Shown here: positions 1 through 12,700 of the stretch, one piece after another | Layout of the letters: each line of letters opens with the position of its first letter | Position numbering within the stretch: the first letter of the stretch is position 1 | DNA from: Macrostomum hystrix | Lineage: Eukaryota > Animalia > Platyhelminthes | DNA: 64,000 bases | NCBI GenBank assembly: GCA_950097015.1 | Contig: CATNEN010000008.1 | Span: 248,001-312,000, forward strand | Reading direction: 5' to 3' | Translations under genes and position numbers: made by a program | The notes under the pieces: generated by a model | Seen by the model: only the letters and a program-made list of their open reading frames with translations | What the model was told of the DNA's origin: nothing | Database searches by the model: none

Positions 1-400
1 TAGTCGATGGTGTTCTGTGCTTGAGCTGCTCCTAATATTTAGGCTTGATCAGTGAAATTGGAGAAATTCGCGTCAGGGTGTCCATAGTGGCCTAGTTCCA
101 CCTGTTGTAGCCCTTGAAGGTCCAGCAGTCCGTCTAGATAAAAATAGGTGACCACCGAAGACGGAGATGATGCAGGCACATGCGGGTGACATGCTGGTCA
201 ATTATGAAGGCCTGGCAAGGCCGCACAGAGGCGCAGTGCTAATTTGTGTATATGGGTGTATGAAATACACTAGCGCTTATGGGAAAAATCTAACCTTCGT
301 CCAGAACCATTGAATATCTCGACGATGGAAAGAGCTGGCGATTTGATTCTTGTTTCAGAAGATGCGCAACAAAAAGTTGGCCCGTGTTCTTGAGTTTCGT
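1..400. repeat. Dispersed repeat of unknown class, copy 1 (others at ~19505-19665 and ~63193-63525)
   Basis: The block gagctg..cctaatatttaggcttgatcagtgaaattggagaaattcgcg...cctgttgtagccct...ttcttgagtttcgtg recurs at three loci; the middle copy is internally deleted. Confidence 0.8.
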
Positions 401-1078
401 GTGCCTGCGTTGCTCCGTTAAGGTGCAGCACAAAAATGGTCAAATCAGGGAAATTCACACTTAGGTCGACAATTCCCAAATTCCAAACATGTGGACGAAC
501 CAAAGTTAAATTTCGCCACAATATTCAGCCAGGTCGATCAGTCAAAAAGAACATTTTCAAAGCGGTTCTTTCTCCATTGTAAACTCAATGCGGATGCACT
601 GTAAACAGTGCGATTAGAAAGAAGGGACTTATTTAAACAAGAAATTGTAAGCCATATTTCTTCAATAGGTGACAGATTGCTTTTTAGTCGACTGTTTTGG
701 AAAGGTCGAGGATTACACAAATGCCCTTTGTGCAACAGTTAAGATAAATTGTTCCTAAATTTCTACCCCCTGGCCAATATAAAAGTTTCCCAGGGGGAAA
801 AAGGATGCCGGCAATATTCTCTGTGTTAGACTACTTGGCCTCCTCATCCTTCCCCTAGACTAGACCCCACCCCTCCTCCACTCCAATCTTTCAGCACACG
901 CACATCAGCAGATTCAACAGCCAATGAAATTTGACCAACCAGAAACGCACAGAGAGGTAGGGCTGGACTGAGTTTTAGTGGACGCATTCTCTGCAGTTGA
1001 TCACAGACCGAAGCCTGATGACAGAGCGCACCGATTTCCACTGCACCACTCAACAGGCGCCGCCAAGCAACATCGCCG

Positions 1079-2203
1079 ATGAACAGTCGTCGTTATCCTT
1101 ATGCTTCGTCGATATCGTCCGCTGAGTCGCGCGATTATCGGCGACACAGGCGACGCCACACCAGGCAGCCGCATCAGCTGCCGGCGCTGCCACAGCCAGG
1201 CTGTCAGCAGCAACAGCCAAGCGGCTGCTCAATCGAAGAAGTGCACGTCAACTTTGGCGATCGATTGTACCGGCTGACTGGCCTGGAACAGGAGGCCACA
1301 TGCCAGGACCTGATCTTTGCGCTACTCTGGTTTCGCAGCCTGCATCAGCGGCGCCGTCGGGAGCATCGTCAGCAGCAGAAGGAGCACCAGGAAGCCGAGC
1401 TGATGTCGGAGGCTGCCAGGCACGAGCTGGTTATCGATTTTCCCGGCCGGGTGAAGCGCGTACGCGGCCACCTGCCCGTGCTGCGGCTGCTCGCCCACCT
1501 GCGAAAACGCTCCAACCGAGGTAAGAGCTTCCAGCTGCGCGTGCGACAGCGACGCTCAATCGTCACGAGGACAACAACAGCCGAGGAGGAGGAGAACTCT
1601 TTGGAGCTGCGTATCTTCGACTGGGGACCCGGTGATGAGCGCTGCCAGCGCCATCGTCGCCGAGAGGAAGCCGCGGCCGCTGCTGCGATTATCAATGGAA
1701 CATCAGACTTGACATCGGCGGGCAAGAATTCGTTGTCGAATTGCGCCAACGGCGGGTTGGATCCGGCCGACAAGAACCTCATGCTGGAGTGGATGCGTCG
1801 TCTGAACCTCAAAGTCGACACCGACGGCTCGGGCTGCCAGAAGAGCCTGCAGGTCAGCTTCCGACACCAGACAAGGCGGCGAGTGTTCAAAACTTCTCGG
1901 GCGGACGACTTTGACGGCGAAGACTACGTTGACGTTATTGAAGCGGATGAAGATGAGATCGATGACGATGAAGGAGATTTTGACGACGATGATGAGCGAG
2001 GGCATAGTCGATACCGTTGCACTGTCGGGACGAGTCGCCGGGACGACAGCAGCGATACGGGCGTCGACTGCCTGACACCGTCGGATTTGAACTGTGTCGC
2101 CGCAGTCAGCAGCCAGCGTAGCGGGTGTGTCGCGCGGTTCCAGACGCAGTGCCTGCTTGACGCTGATTGGCCAGACTTTGCATACATCGCCACTCTTGTA
2201 TGA
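1079..2203 (+). CDS. N-terminal RASSF family protein (RASSF9/10-like), single exon, 374 aa
   Basis: EEVHVNFGDRLYRLTGLEQEATCQDLIFALL...RHELVIDF...FQLRVRQR resembles the N-RASSF RA domain (ELKVWV..CG....TTCQEVVIALA). C-terminal DSSDTGV resembles the RASSF9/10 DSDTG motif. The protein ends in TLV (PDZ-ligand-like). GC-rich uninterrupted ORF. Confidence 0.65.
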   Translation: MNSRRYPYASSISSAESRDYRRHRRRHTRQPHQLPALPQPGCQQQQPSGCSIEEVHVNFGDRLYRLTGLEQEATCQDLIFALLWFRSLHQRRRREHRQQQKEHQEAELMSEAARHELVIDFPGRVKRVRGHLPVLRLLAHLRKRSNRGKSFQLRVRQRRSIVTRTTTAEEEENSLELRIFDWGPGDERCQRHRRREEAAAAAAIINGTSDLTSAGKNSLSNCANGGLDPADKNLMLEWMRRLNLKVDTDGSGCQKSLQVSFRHQTRRRVFKTSRADDFDGEDYVDVIEADEDEIDDDEGDFDDDDERGHSRYRCTVGTSRRDDSSDTGVDCLTPSDLNCVAAVSSQRSGCVARFQTQCLLDADWPDFAYIATLV

Positions 2204-2728
2204 CAGTTGCACCACGTGAATGAACCATTGTAAGCTGATTGTAACGAGATCTTTCCTGCTGAATTTTAGTATTATGCCGACTGGTTTTTTTAGCATAGCA
2301 TTGTTTCTCGTGTGGAAGAGTTGGAAAGTTCGCTCTGACCAGCAATGGAATGCCTGCGCTCATTGCTACATCGCAGGTTAAGCATTTCATGCATGCTTTC
2401 TTTCTTTGTGACGCTGATTAATGTGCTCTGGAAATACGTAGAACCGCAGTTTAAGACGCCTCACCATTTCTTTGATCGCACCCTCAGAAACTTTGTTTAC
2501 CTGTGCCAGATGACAGATAGAATCAATACTAAGTGCTATGAGTTACCTGTACAGGCCATGTCTATGGTCAAACTTATGGATGACTACCATGTTACTACGA
2601 GCTATATGGCGAAGTTTCTACCTCCAATAATTAATCTGTGACTGCAAATAGAAATTGATGTCTCTCAACCTGTTTCTCACCCATGCTAATCTACTAATCT
2701 GCAAATTTAAATAGATTACCGTCTAGAT

Positions 2729-3160
2729 CAGGGGTAGGCAAACTTATTTGCTGGCGGGCCAAAGAGAGAACCTAAAAGACGACAGCGGGCCGCATTGACT
2801 GTATAAATATGAGATAGGGGAGAGATGAGACACGGGAGAGATGAGACACAGAAAGATAATACACGAGAGAGATGAGACGGGAGAGATTAGACACGGGAGA
2901 GATAAGACACGGGAGAGATGAGACACGAGAGCGATGAGAGACGGGAGAGATAAGACACGGGAGAGATAAGACACGGGAGAGATGAGACACGGGAGCGATG
3001 AGAGACGGGAGAGATTAGACACGAGAGCGATGAGACACAGGAGAGATGAGACACGGGAGAGATGAAACAGGACACTGTAGATGTTAGAAGAGGCAACGGG
3101 CCGGATTTGGGAGCTTCGAGGGCCGCATCTGGCCCGCGGGCCGGAGTTTGCCGACCCCTG
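2729..3160. mobile_element. hAT (Charlie-like) non-autonomous MITE carrying an internal ~16-bp minisatellite
   Basis: TIRs CAGGGGTAGGCAAACT (2729) and AGTTTGCCGACCCCTG (ending 3160). Identical 8-bp TSD GTCTAGAT at 2721-2728 and 3161-3168. Confidence 0.9.
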
Positions 3161-3924
3161 GTCTAGATGCAAGTGTGACATGCGTTCAAGACTTTTTCAA
3201 GCATATGTGAATCGAATTAGAATAATCGCTTCCGAGTGACGAAAAAAGTAACCTGTTTTTTAATTAAAATATTCAAGCATTCGTAATTTCTACCTGCTGC
3301 GATTTCTGTCGAGAGTTCGTCGATGAGTCACAAATCGAGATGAGAGCGGCAAGATTTCCACCAAATATCCCCCTAGTTAAGCTGCGCTTCGCAAATCCCA
3401 TTCCAATATTATAGGTGATCAATCACACCTTCAGGTTGAAGCTGCCGCCAACGCAGAAATGACTGTACCGCAGACCTACAGAAAGAGAGAATCTGACACA
3501 CAAGATCACGGATCAGGGACACAACCCACTTCATTCTCTCCCCTATCCCAACTCACCCAGCCGCTGACTGTCTCCACTTTTGAGCTAGTGTTATATGAGC
3601 GATGACCGTCATAAGTCACCCGGCTGATAGAACAGGACCCCAAATGAGACCGCCTTCATATCGCCCTGGCCCTGTTCTGTTGAGACTGATAAAATGTATG
3701 CCGGTGGGAAAATCGCGGTCTTCCTTTTCGTCTCTCGACTCTGGCTGCCCTGTTTGACCGGCCTTCTGACGTATTTGCGGCACCGGAAGCTGGCGTCTTC
3801 CGCCTCTCTCCAGATCTTCCAGAGTCACGGACAGAAACTGGACGACTTCAATGGCCACACTGGCCCCAACCCTAATTATAGGCATTTGCCACTGGCCACA
3901 CTGGACATTGCTTTACTCCTTTGC

Positions 3925-4265
3925 CAAACTTGCCTACTTGCCTACTGTGGCTACCCTGCCTACTCTGGCTACTCTACCTACCCTGCCTAACTGGTCTACC
4001 CAACCTACCCTGCTTAACTTGTCTACCCAGCCTACCCAGCCTACTCTGGCTACCCTGCCTAACTTGTCTACCCAAACTACCTTAGCCTACCCTGCCTACT
4101 CTGGCTACCCTGCCTACCCTGCCTAACTTGTTTATCCAACCTACCTTAGCCTACCCTGCCTACTCTGGCTACCCTGGCTACCCTTGCCTAACCAAGGACT
4201 ACCAAAGTAGATAAAGTAGATGAAGTAGCTAACTACTAGTGGTCCTTGTGCCTAACTTGCCCACC
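3925..4265. repeat. Degenerate tandem repeat (ctaccctgcc/tactctggct units)
   Basis: Visible short-period reiteration. Confidence 0.8.
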
Positions 4266-5454
4266 CAGCCTACCCAGTCTCCTCTGCTTACCCTGTCCCC
4301 CTTGCATTCCTGCATCCAGCATCATTTCTTATCACTGCGATCCCTCTCGCCCCTGTTTCCACTCTCTGATGATGAGGACATAAAAACTGATTATGATGCA
4401 ACATTTATCCTCAAGCTGAAAGCCGACGAGTTGCCGACCCATAGAATAGGCGATGGGTCTGGGGCTGCAAATTTTTGTCCCAAAAGCATCGAGCTGTGTT
4501 TCAGTTGCTGTTGCATCATTAATGTGGGCAATAGCAGCAGCAGCAGCAGCAGCAACAGCAGGCATCGGCCAAGGAAAAAGATTGGCATAGCATCTCTTGG
4601 CTTGCACTAAATGACGCAGTTAAATAAAACTAATTTTGCTTGGCCTTTTTGTCCAACTGAAATGTTTAGTCAGTCACTGCCCTTCCCCCATTCTGCAGAT
4701 GGGATAATTTCTGCACGCTTGCTAGGGAACACCTGACTGTCTCCCTGTTGGGGATGAATAAACATAATTTTTTCCCTGCATGTTGTTGGTCCGGGCAGCG
4801 CAGGAGGTCATGGAAAACAGACCGCACATCCCTATGGGAACTTTTCGCATGCATCCAAAAGAGACAGAGAAGAAACAGTTTCGTGACTTTGCAATTCCTG
4901 GAAATCTGTTACCGACACGCGGTTTGACTTTCGAATTGCGACACGGCGATAGTTGAACCGTCATTGCTTTCCCATCTCGACTGTTTCTATGCAGTTGCTA
5001 TGGCGGTTATGGCCTCTATACGCAGCTTCAGTATGTTTCACTTCAGGGCTAGAATTTTTCAGTTTCTAGCCAAAGGCGATGCACACAAACTTTGTAAACA
5101 TTGCTTCTAGAAAGCTAGCTAATGCTAGCTAGTTTAGCTAATGCTCTTTTGTACTGTGAAGCTATGTTCACCTGTTAGATGACAATCTACAGTGGTTAGA
5201 TATTTTTTAATTCAAAACCATTGCAAATCACTTTGTGACTTTCGTTAGATTTAGTTTCTCGGCTGTCGATCAAAGGCTCAGGCTGACTGCTTCATTTCTA
5301 TATAAGTAATGTTTTTTTCCTTCAATCCGTATTACTAGCTTCTAAGTAGCTAGATTATGTAGCTAGATTAACTGCCAAATGACAGCCAAACAATTTTCAC
5401 TAGGTTTTAGCAAAAGAAACTAAAAACACGATAATTCCCAAACTTAAAAAACCT

Positions 5455-6225
5455 AACATCCCAAAACTTCCAAAATCCCAAACTTCCAAAATCCCAAACT
5501 TCCAAGATCCCAAACTTCCAAGATCCCAAACTTCCAAGATCCCAAACTTCCAAGATCCCAAACTTCCAAAATCCCAAACTTCCAAGATCCCAAACTTCCA
5601 AGATCCCAAACTTCCAAGATACCAAACTTCCAAAATCCCAAACTTCCAAGATCCTAAACTTCCAAGATCCCAAACTTCCAAGATCCCAAACTTCCAAGAT
5701 CCCAAACTTCCAAAATCCCAAACTTCCAAGATCCCAAACTTCCAAGATCCCAAACTTCCAAGATCCCAAACTTCCAAAATCCCAAACTTCCAAGATCCTA
5801 AACTTCCAAGATCCCAAACTTCCAAGATCCCAAACTTCCAAGATCCCAAACTTCCAAGATCCCAAACTTCCAAGATCCCAAACTTCCAAGATCCCAAACC
5901 GCCAAAATCCTAAACTTCTAAAATCCCGAAATTCCAAAATCCCAAACTTCCAAGATCGCAAACTTCCAAGATCCCAAACTTCCAAGATCCCAAACTTCCA
6001 AGATCGCAAACTTCCAAGATCCCAAACTTCCAAGATCCCAAACTTTCAAGATCGCAATCTTCCAAGATCCCGAGCTTCCAAAATACCACACTTTCAGAAT
6101 CCCTAACATCCAATATCCCAAACTTCCGAAATTCCAAACCGCCAAAATCCTAAACTTCTAAAATACCGAAATTCCAAAATCCCGAACTTCCAGAATCCCA
6201 AACTTACAAAATTTCAATCTTCGCC
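5455..6225. repeat. 16-bp minisatellite (cccaaacttccaagat)n, degenerate at both ends
   Basis: Direct inspection; it generates the spurious WKFGILEV ORFs. Confidence 0.95.
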
Positions 6226-7141
6226 TATCCAAGATTTAAAAGCCCTAAAAAATTAAGTCCCCCTTCCAATCTCTCTTTCCCCCTAATTTCGGAATCCAAA
6301 ACTATTCGATTATAATTTTATAATTCCTTAGCTTCCCAAACCTCCCAATAGGCAGTCACGTTTGTCCAAGAAATAGATGAGTGAAGACTTAGCTCGTACT
6401 GCGAAAGCATTATTACAAATGTGAAAAGTTTTTCTCGCTCAGATTTCATTCGTCGTAGTCCTAAATGCATACACAGCATATGCTGTATATATGGCCGGTA
6501 ATAAGTATTATAGATAAGTCACGGACCGTGTCAATCACTTGAAAACATGCGCCAAACGAAGACCTCTTCGCTCTCTCACCCTCTCTCTCATCCTCTCTCA
6601 CTAACCATACACTCTGGCCAGCCAGGACAAACCATTATTTGACAGCAACAACTGCCAATACCGTGTTCTGGTCAAATCCAAAGCAGTCTTGGATTTCCTA
6701 GAAAATTAGTATGTTCTTGAAGACTTTTTCGAGGCATCTGATAATGTCTGGCTCAAGGTGAAACACCGCACCGCCACCCTATCGCAATTCCTAATCCTGA
6801 CATTTCCCTTTGGAAAGAAAGCAAACTTTTTTGGCTTCACGGAAGTTTGTTGCGCATAATTTGTACCTCTTTAAAGGCTTCTTTTTAAAGAAACATCCCA
6901 GCCTGTTGGAATTTTTCTGCCTGTAGCAGCACGACTATTTTTGCGATATTTATTTTAGGTTTTTTCGGATGCAAGTTAAACTTGAAAATAAACGCATGTC
7001 TCCTTTTCAGACTCTTCCGGAGCTGCGCAAAAAGAAATCCTGATTGTTGTCTTTAGGTCGGGCAACCAGACAGCATTCCCAAATAATGATTAGGCGAGCA
7101 AGGAAAAACTGGAAAATTTGAATTCCTAAAAAATTAGACGA

Positions 7142-7232
7142 AATGACGAATTCGATGAACTGACCTAATTCGACGAACTGAACTAATTCGACGAACTGAA
7201 CTAATTCGACGAACTGACCTAATTCATGGAAC
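7142..7232. repeat. 18-bp tandem repeat (gacgaactgacctaattc), about 5 copies
   Basis: Direct inspection. Confidence 0.85.
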
Positions 7233-7826
7233 TGACTAACTCGTATTATAGTTTGTTTTTTTTCTGAAAAACAGTAATTGCTTTACTGTTTTCGAAGCTA
7301 AATAGGGATTGTATAAATTTAAGTAAAGTTACAGGGGAATGTCAATATCCGAGGATTTTTTCTTGGCTAGAAAAGCAGACTTTCAGCAAGGTGAAATTGA
7401 AATAAACTGACAGAAAATAACAAGTCTACAAAAAGCCTATCTCTGTGTTTTTTTAGTCCTTCAGCTAGTCCATTCCTTTTCGCCAAGTGAAAAACTTGAA
7501 TAATTGATTAGGCCTGAAGGTATTGCCATAAAATATAGCCTGAGTCTCGGCTGTTGAGTCTGCATCCATATTATATTATTTACGACTTCGACTCGATACT
7601 CAGGATGCGTCTCTGGCTTCATTGCACAGTCGAATGTCTCTGACATATCTGGGTCGAATAGGTCCACCGAGTCTTAACGGCAAGTTTTCTGCAGGCTTTT
7701 CTAAGAAACCTTCAAGTAAATGATAGGAAATACTATAGATTACGCAAAGTATAAACTTACAAGACACAGGCTTCACTTATCAGATGCTCCACTAATTGTT
7801 ATACTAATCAATACCTTCAAGAATCT

Positions 7827-9718
7827 TCAGGAACTGATGGTCTCATTTAGGAACTGATGGTCTCATTTAGGAACTGATGGTCTCATTCAGGAACTGATGG
7901 TCTCATTCAGGAACTGATGGTCTGATTCAGGAACTGATGGTCTCATTCAGGAACTGGTGGTCTCATTCAGGAACTGATGGTCTCATTCAGGAACTGATGG
8001 TCTGATTCAGGAACTGGTGGTCTGATTCAGGAACTGATGGTCTCATTCAGGAACTGATGGTCTGATTCAGGAACTGATGGTCTCATTCAGGAACTGATGG
8101 TCTGATTCAGGAACTGGTGATCTCATTCAGGAATTGATGGTCTCATTCAGGAACTGATGGTCTCATTCAGGAACTGATGGTCTCATTCAGGAACTGATGG
8201 TCTCATTCAGGAACTGATGGTCTGATTCAGGAACTGATGGTCTGATTCAGGAACTGATGGTCTGATTCAGGAACTGATGGTCTCATTCAGGAACTGATGG
8301 TCTGATTCAGGAACTGATGGTCTGATTCAGGAACTGATGGTCTCATTCAGGAACTGATGGTCTCATTCAGGAACTGATGGTCTGATTCAGGAACTGATGG
8401 TCTGATTCAGGAACTGATGGTCTCATTCAGGAACTGATGGTCTGATTCAGGAACTGATGGTCTCATTCAGGAACTGATGGTCTCATTTAGGAACTGATGG
8501 TCTCATTCAGGAACTGATGGTCTCATTCAGGAACTGATGGTCTGATTCAGGAACTGATGGTCTGATTCAGGAACTGATGGTCTCATTCAGGAACTGATGG
8601 TCTCATTCAGGAACTGATGGTCTCATTCAGGAACTGATGGTCTCATTCAGGAACTGATGGTCTCATTCAGGAACTGATGGTCTGATTCAGGAACTGGTGA
8701 TCTCATTCAGGAATTGATGGTCTCATTCAGGAACTGATGGTCTCATTCAGGAACTGGTGGTCTCATTCAGGAACTGATGGTCTCATTCAGGAACTGATGG
8801 TCTGATTCAGGAACTGGTGGTCTGATTCAGGAACTGATGGTCTCATTCAGGAACTGATGGTCTCATTCAGGAACTGATGGTCTCATTCAGGAACTGATGG
8901 TCTCATTCAGGAACTGATGGTCTCATTCAGGAACTGATGGTCTGATTCAGGAACTGATGGTCTGATTCAGGAACTGATGGTCTGATTCAGGAACTGGTGA
9001 TCTCATTCAGGAATTGATGGTTTCATTCAGGAACTGATGGTCTCATTCAGGAACTGATGGTCTCATTCAGGAACTGATGGTCTCATTCAGGAACTGATGG
9101 TCTGATTCAGGAACTGATGGTCTGATTCAGGAACTGATGGTCTCATTCAGGAACTGAAGGTCTCATTCAGGAACTGATGGTCTGATTCAGGAACTGATGG
9201 TCTCATTCAGGAACTGATGGTCTCATTCAGGAACTGATGGTCTGATTCAGGAACTGATGGTCTCATTCAGGAACTGATGGTCTCATTCAGGAACTGATGG
9301 TCTGATTCAGGAACTGATGGTCTCATTCAGGAACTGATGGTCTCATTCAGGAACTGATGGTCTGATTCAGGAACTGATGGTCTGATTCAGGAACTGATGG
9401 TCTGATTCAGGAACTGGTGATCTCATTCAGGAATTGATGGTCTCATTCAGGAACTGATGGTCTCATTCAGGAACTGATGGTCTCATTCAGGAACTGATGG
9501 TCTCATTCAGGAACTGATGGTCTGATTCAGGAACTGATGGTCTGATTCAGGAACTGATGGTCTCATTCAGGAACTGAAGGTCTCATTCAGGAACTGATGG
9601 TCTGATTCAGGAACTGATGGTCTCATTCAGGAACTGATGGTCTCATTCAGGAACTGATGGTCTGATTCAGGAACTGATGGTCTGATTCAGGAACTGATGG
9701 TCTCATTCAGGAACTGAT
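7827..9718. repeat. 20-bp satellite (tcattcaggaactgatggtc), about 94 units
   Basis: Exact 20-bp period with a few recurring variants. Confidence 0.98.
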
Positions 9719-12700
9719 AATCTTGTTCAAGATAATTCCGTATTTAGGATTCGAAAACCACCATTTGAGGAATATAATTTTAAGTCGTTTCATTATTCTT
9801 TTATCTCGAAATGCAAATGAAGTAAGTATTGCATTTGCTACATATATACTTATATATTTAATTAATGAATGCAAACATAGCTAAAACGTATCGAAATGTA
9901 GAGGAAATTTGGTACCATGAAAAGACAAATCCTTTGCGCGGGTCTTAATTCCCAGAGAAACGACTTACATCACGCTCTAGGCTGATTGAGAAAGCAAATA
10001 TTGAAAGCCGTACTATACAGCTATGGGATTTCTGTGTATAAAGCTTAATCTTTTCTTCCCTCCTCCCCTAAGTCCGTGCTTGGCGCTGTTTCTATCGAAT
10101 CAATCGGAGAATTTCACTTCGAATCCAGCGGAATGAGGAGGGGCGCCTTTCGGAAACCGAAGCGAGCTGGTCGCTTGAGCAAACGCGAAGCTATAAGAAT
10201 TCTGGCGTCATAGTTTATAGTTGACAATTTTCGACAATGAGTCATACAGGATGCAACTCACGGGAACGAATGAAGACAGGACAGAGAGAGAGGAATCGAC
10301 AGAAAGACCTACGGGCGACTATATGGGCGAATTCGTTGGGTGTAATGTTGGCTACCTACCAGCCGTATATAACGGGGATTTTCTAGCTATATTGCAGATC
10401 GGCATTGCGGCCCGTCATTTACTGTTATATAGGTGAGCTTTGCGACCAGCAGAAGGGGAGAAAGGGAAATTAAAGGGAACCCTTCGGCTGGTCATCTTTG
10501 CGGACTCCTCGGAAGCTAATAAAAAGAGGATTATGAGGACTCAGGACTGGGAGAATCCTTTGAGAGACCCTCTGTGGGAGTAATATATTTCTGATAATGA
10601 CCATTATAGCCACTAACTAAGGCGCTGCACAGATTACTTACGGGAGCGAGATAGGCAAGACGGATGGGGATCAAAGGTAGAGGGCTAGAGAAAAGCTCAA
10701 CTCAAGGATTGATCAGCAAACCGAGCGAAATTCGTTTGGCTATAATGATGGATTCACATCATTATTATTAATTGAGATAGTATAGTCATCGGATATTTAA
10801 AGAATTCACGGGAAACATTTATAAAGGATGCTCAAACAGCTAAAACAACTCCCAGTTGCAGTTCTCCATTAGACTAGGACACGACCAATCCATTTCGATT
10901 TTATTTAAAATATATGTTTTTCTGATTCATTCGTTTGGGCTCAGTTATTCAATGAAAAATTGCTATACGAGCGTGTACAAATTTCTTTAATTTATATTAT
11001 TTTATGAACAACAGCTGCACATAAAATGAACTAAAAGTCTTACTTCTAAACTATATAACAGCACTTTTGCAGTACTACGAGGTGAAAAAGTAAAATGGCA
11101 ATTTCATAACGAAAGTGGAATAATTGTTTTAATTCAGTATAAACAGCGTAAGTTTAAACAATTTTAATGTGAAAAATATTTTAACTATATTAGAAGCCAA
11201 GTGCTGATTAACCAACAACTTTGATGTTGCGGCACAAATGTACACAAAGAAAGTAAAAGCAAAAAAATTCTAATTCAAATCACGCAATTCACAATGGAAA
11301 TATTGTGCCAAAATTAGCATGTATCCTTAATTGTAGTTTCGGAGGGTTAAGCCACGTTGGTTAGTTTATTTTGTTCGCAGAAGAATAAGTTAATAGCAAC
11401 AATAAGATAAGAAACATTAAAAAATAAACTACTTTAAAGCCGTGGCAACAGTTTTTCTGCATTGGTTAAAACAAAAGTAGTAAAAAGCGAATAAAAATGG
11501 AAATCAAAATAATTTTATAATAACAGTAAATACAAACCCTATGTTTTTATAATAAAACTATAAGCAACTTATACTGATATATTTTTTGGTCATATCTTTT
11601 TAGTTACATTTCAAAGCATGAAAATATTTGCATTTTATTGTGTGAATTTCTTTTTTTTGATAAGAATTTCACACAGAACATATTTTCGTCCGTCCCTATA
11701 ATATTTTTTTGTGCGCTTCGAGTAATATTATGACTTTATAAGATAGAAATTATGCATGCGTTTTGGTGCGGCGTGCTGTCCATTAATTTTTATGCTAGAC
11801 TACTTTCTGCTGCAATTTTCTACAGATAGGCCTATTGATTATTGTACTGACTGTGACATGAAGTCACATGAAATTGTAGGAAAGTTAGATGATAAATATC
11901 TCATATGTTTCATGATATATGATGCCATGTCTTTGACAGATATAGTATAGCAAAGTTTTTTTAATTGCTTTGTTTTAAGAATAGATAAGTAATGGCTAAC
12001 AGTAATTTTATTTTAAAAAGTTTTAACTACTTTCCATTTAACAAGTTAGTTGCCATTCTAACACTTTAGAAGAAAACTTTAGGCACCAATTTTATGTAGT
12101 CTTTCTGTTACTATACATTTAATCTACTTAAACCTTTTACATTTTAGCTATTTCTTATATTGTTGTTACTTGGAATTTCTTTTATTTTCTAAGAAAGTGT
12201 ATGTCAATGCATTTTATAAATTTTAAATAATTGTAGATTTTATAAACTTAAGTCAGTTTTTAATGTTCCATATATAAATATATATGCAATGGAGCTCAGA
12301 ATCTTTGCTGCCATTCCAACTCGTAAACAAGAGGCATTCAGCCTTCTAATGCTTTATGTTCCACAAATTTGTGTCATAATTGTTGGGGAAATGATTGGCA
12401 TTAATATGACTTGGCATAAATTTATTTTATTTTTTGGGCTCTCAATGTAACTGTATTGATCTAAATTTTAAATTAATTGCATTGCAGATTTTAGATTTTA
12501 GCAATCCTGCTAGCAATTATGGATCACTTAATTGATAAAGTTGATGTATTGGCATTGTTTTCAAATAGTTTGTTAAACCATTTTCATTTTAAATCAATAC
12601 AAAAACATATTTTTTTAAACAATGAAACAATCAGAAACATTGATATGATGAGTGTCAAATGTTAGTGTTGCTGGGTGGCCTCTTAGTATGGTGTTAATTG

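Noticed and set aside
2744-6145. ORFs such as SLPCLISPVSHL and WKFGILEV (also IYLS at 27376-27928 and the first part of 20818-22533)
   Set aside because: They are translations of stop-free tandem repeats.
7827-9718. CRISPR array (also the 31-, 32-, 34-, 37- and 97-bp arrays)
   Set aside because: Head-to-tail repeats without unique spacers, no cas genes, and a eukaryotic context.
10030-10760. Moderately GC-rich block with a 71-aa ORF
   Set aside because: No recognisable motif, splice pattern or repeat partner in the window.
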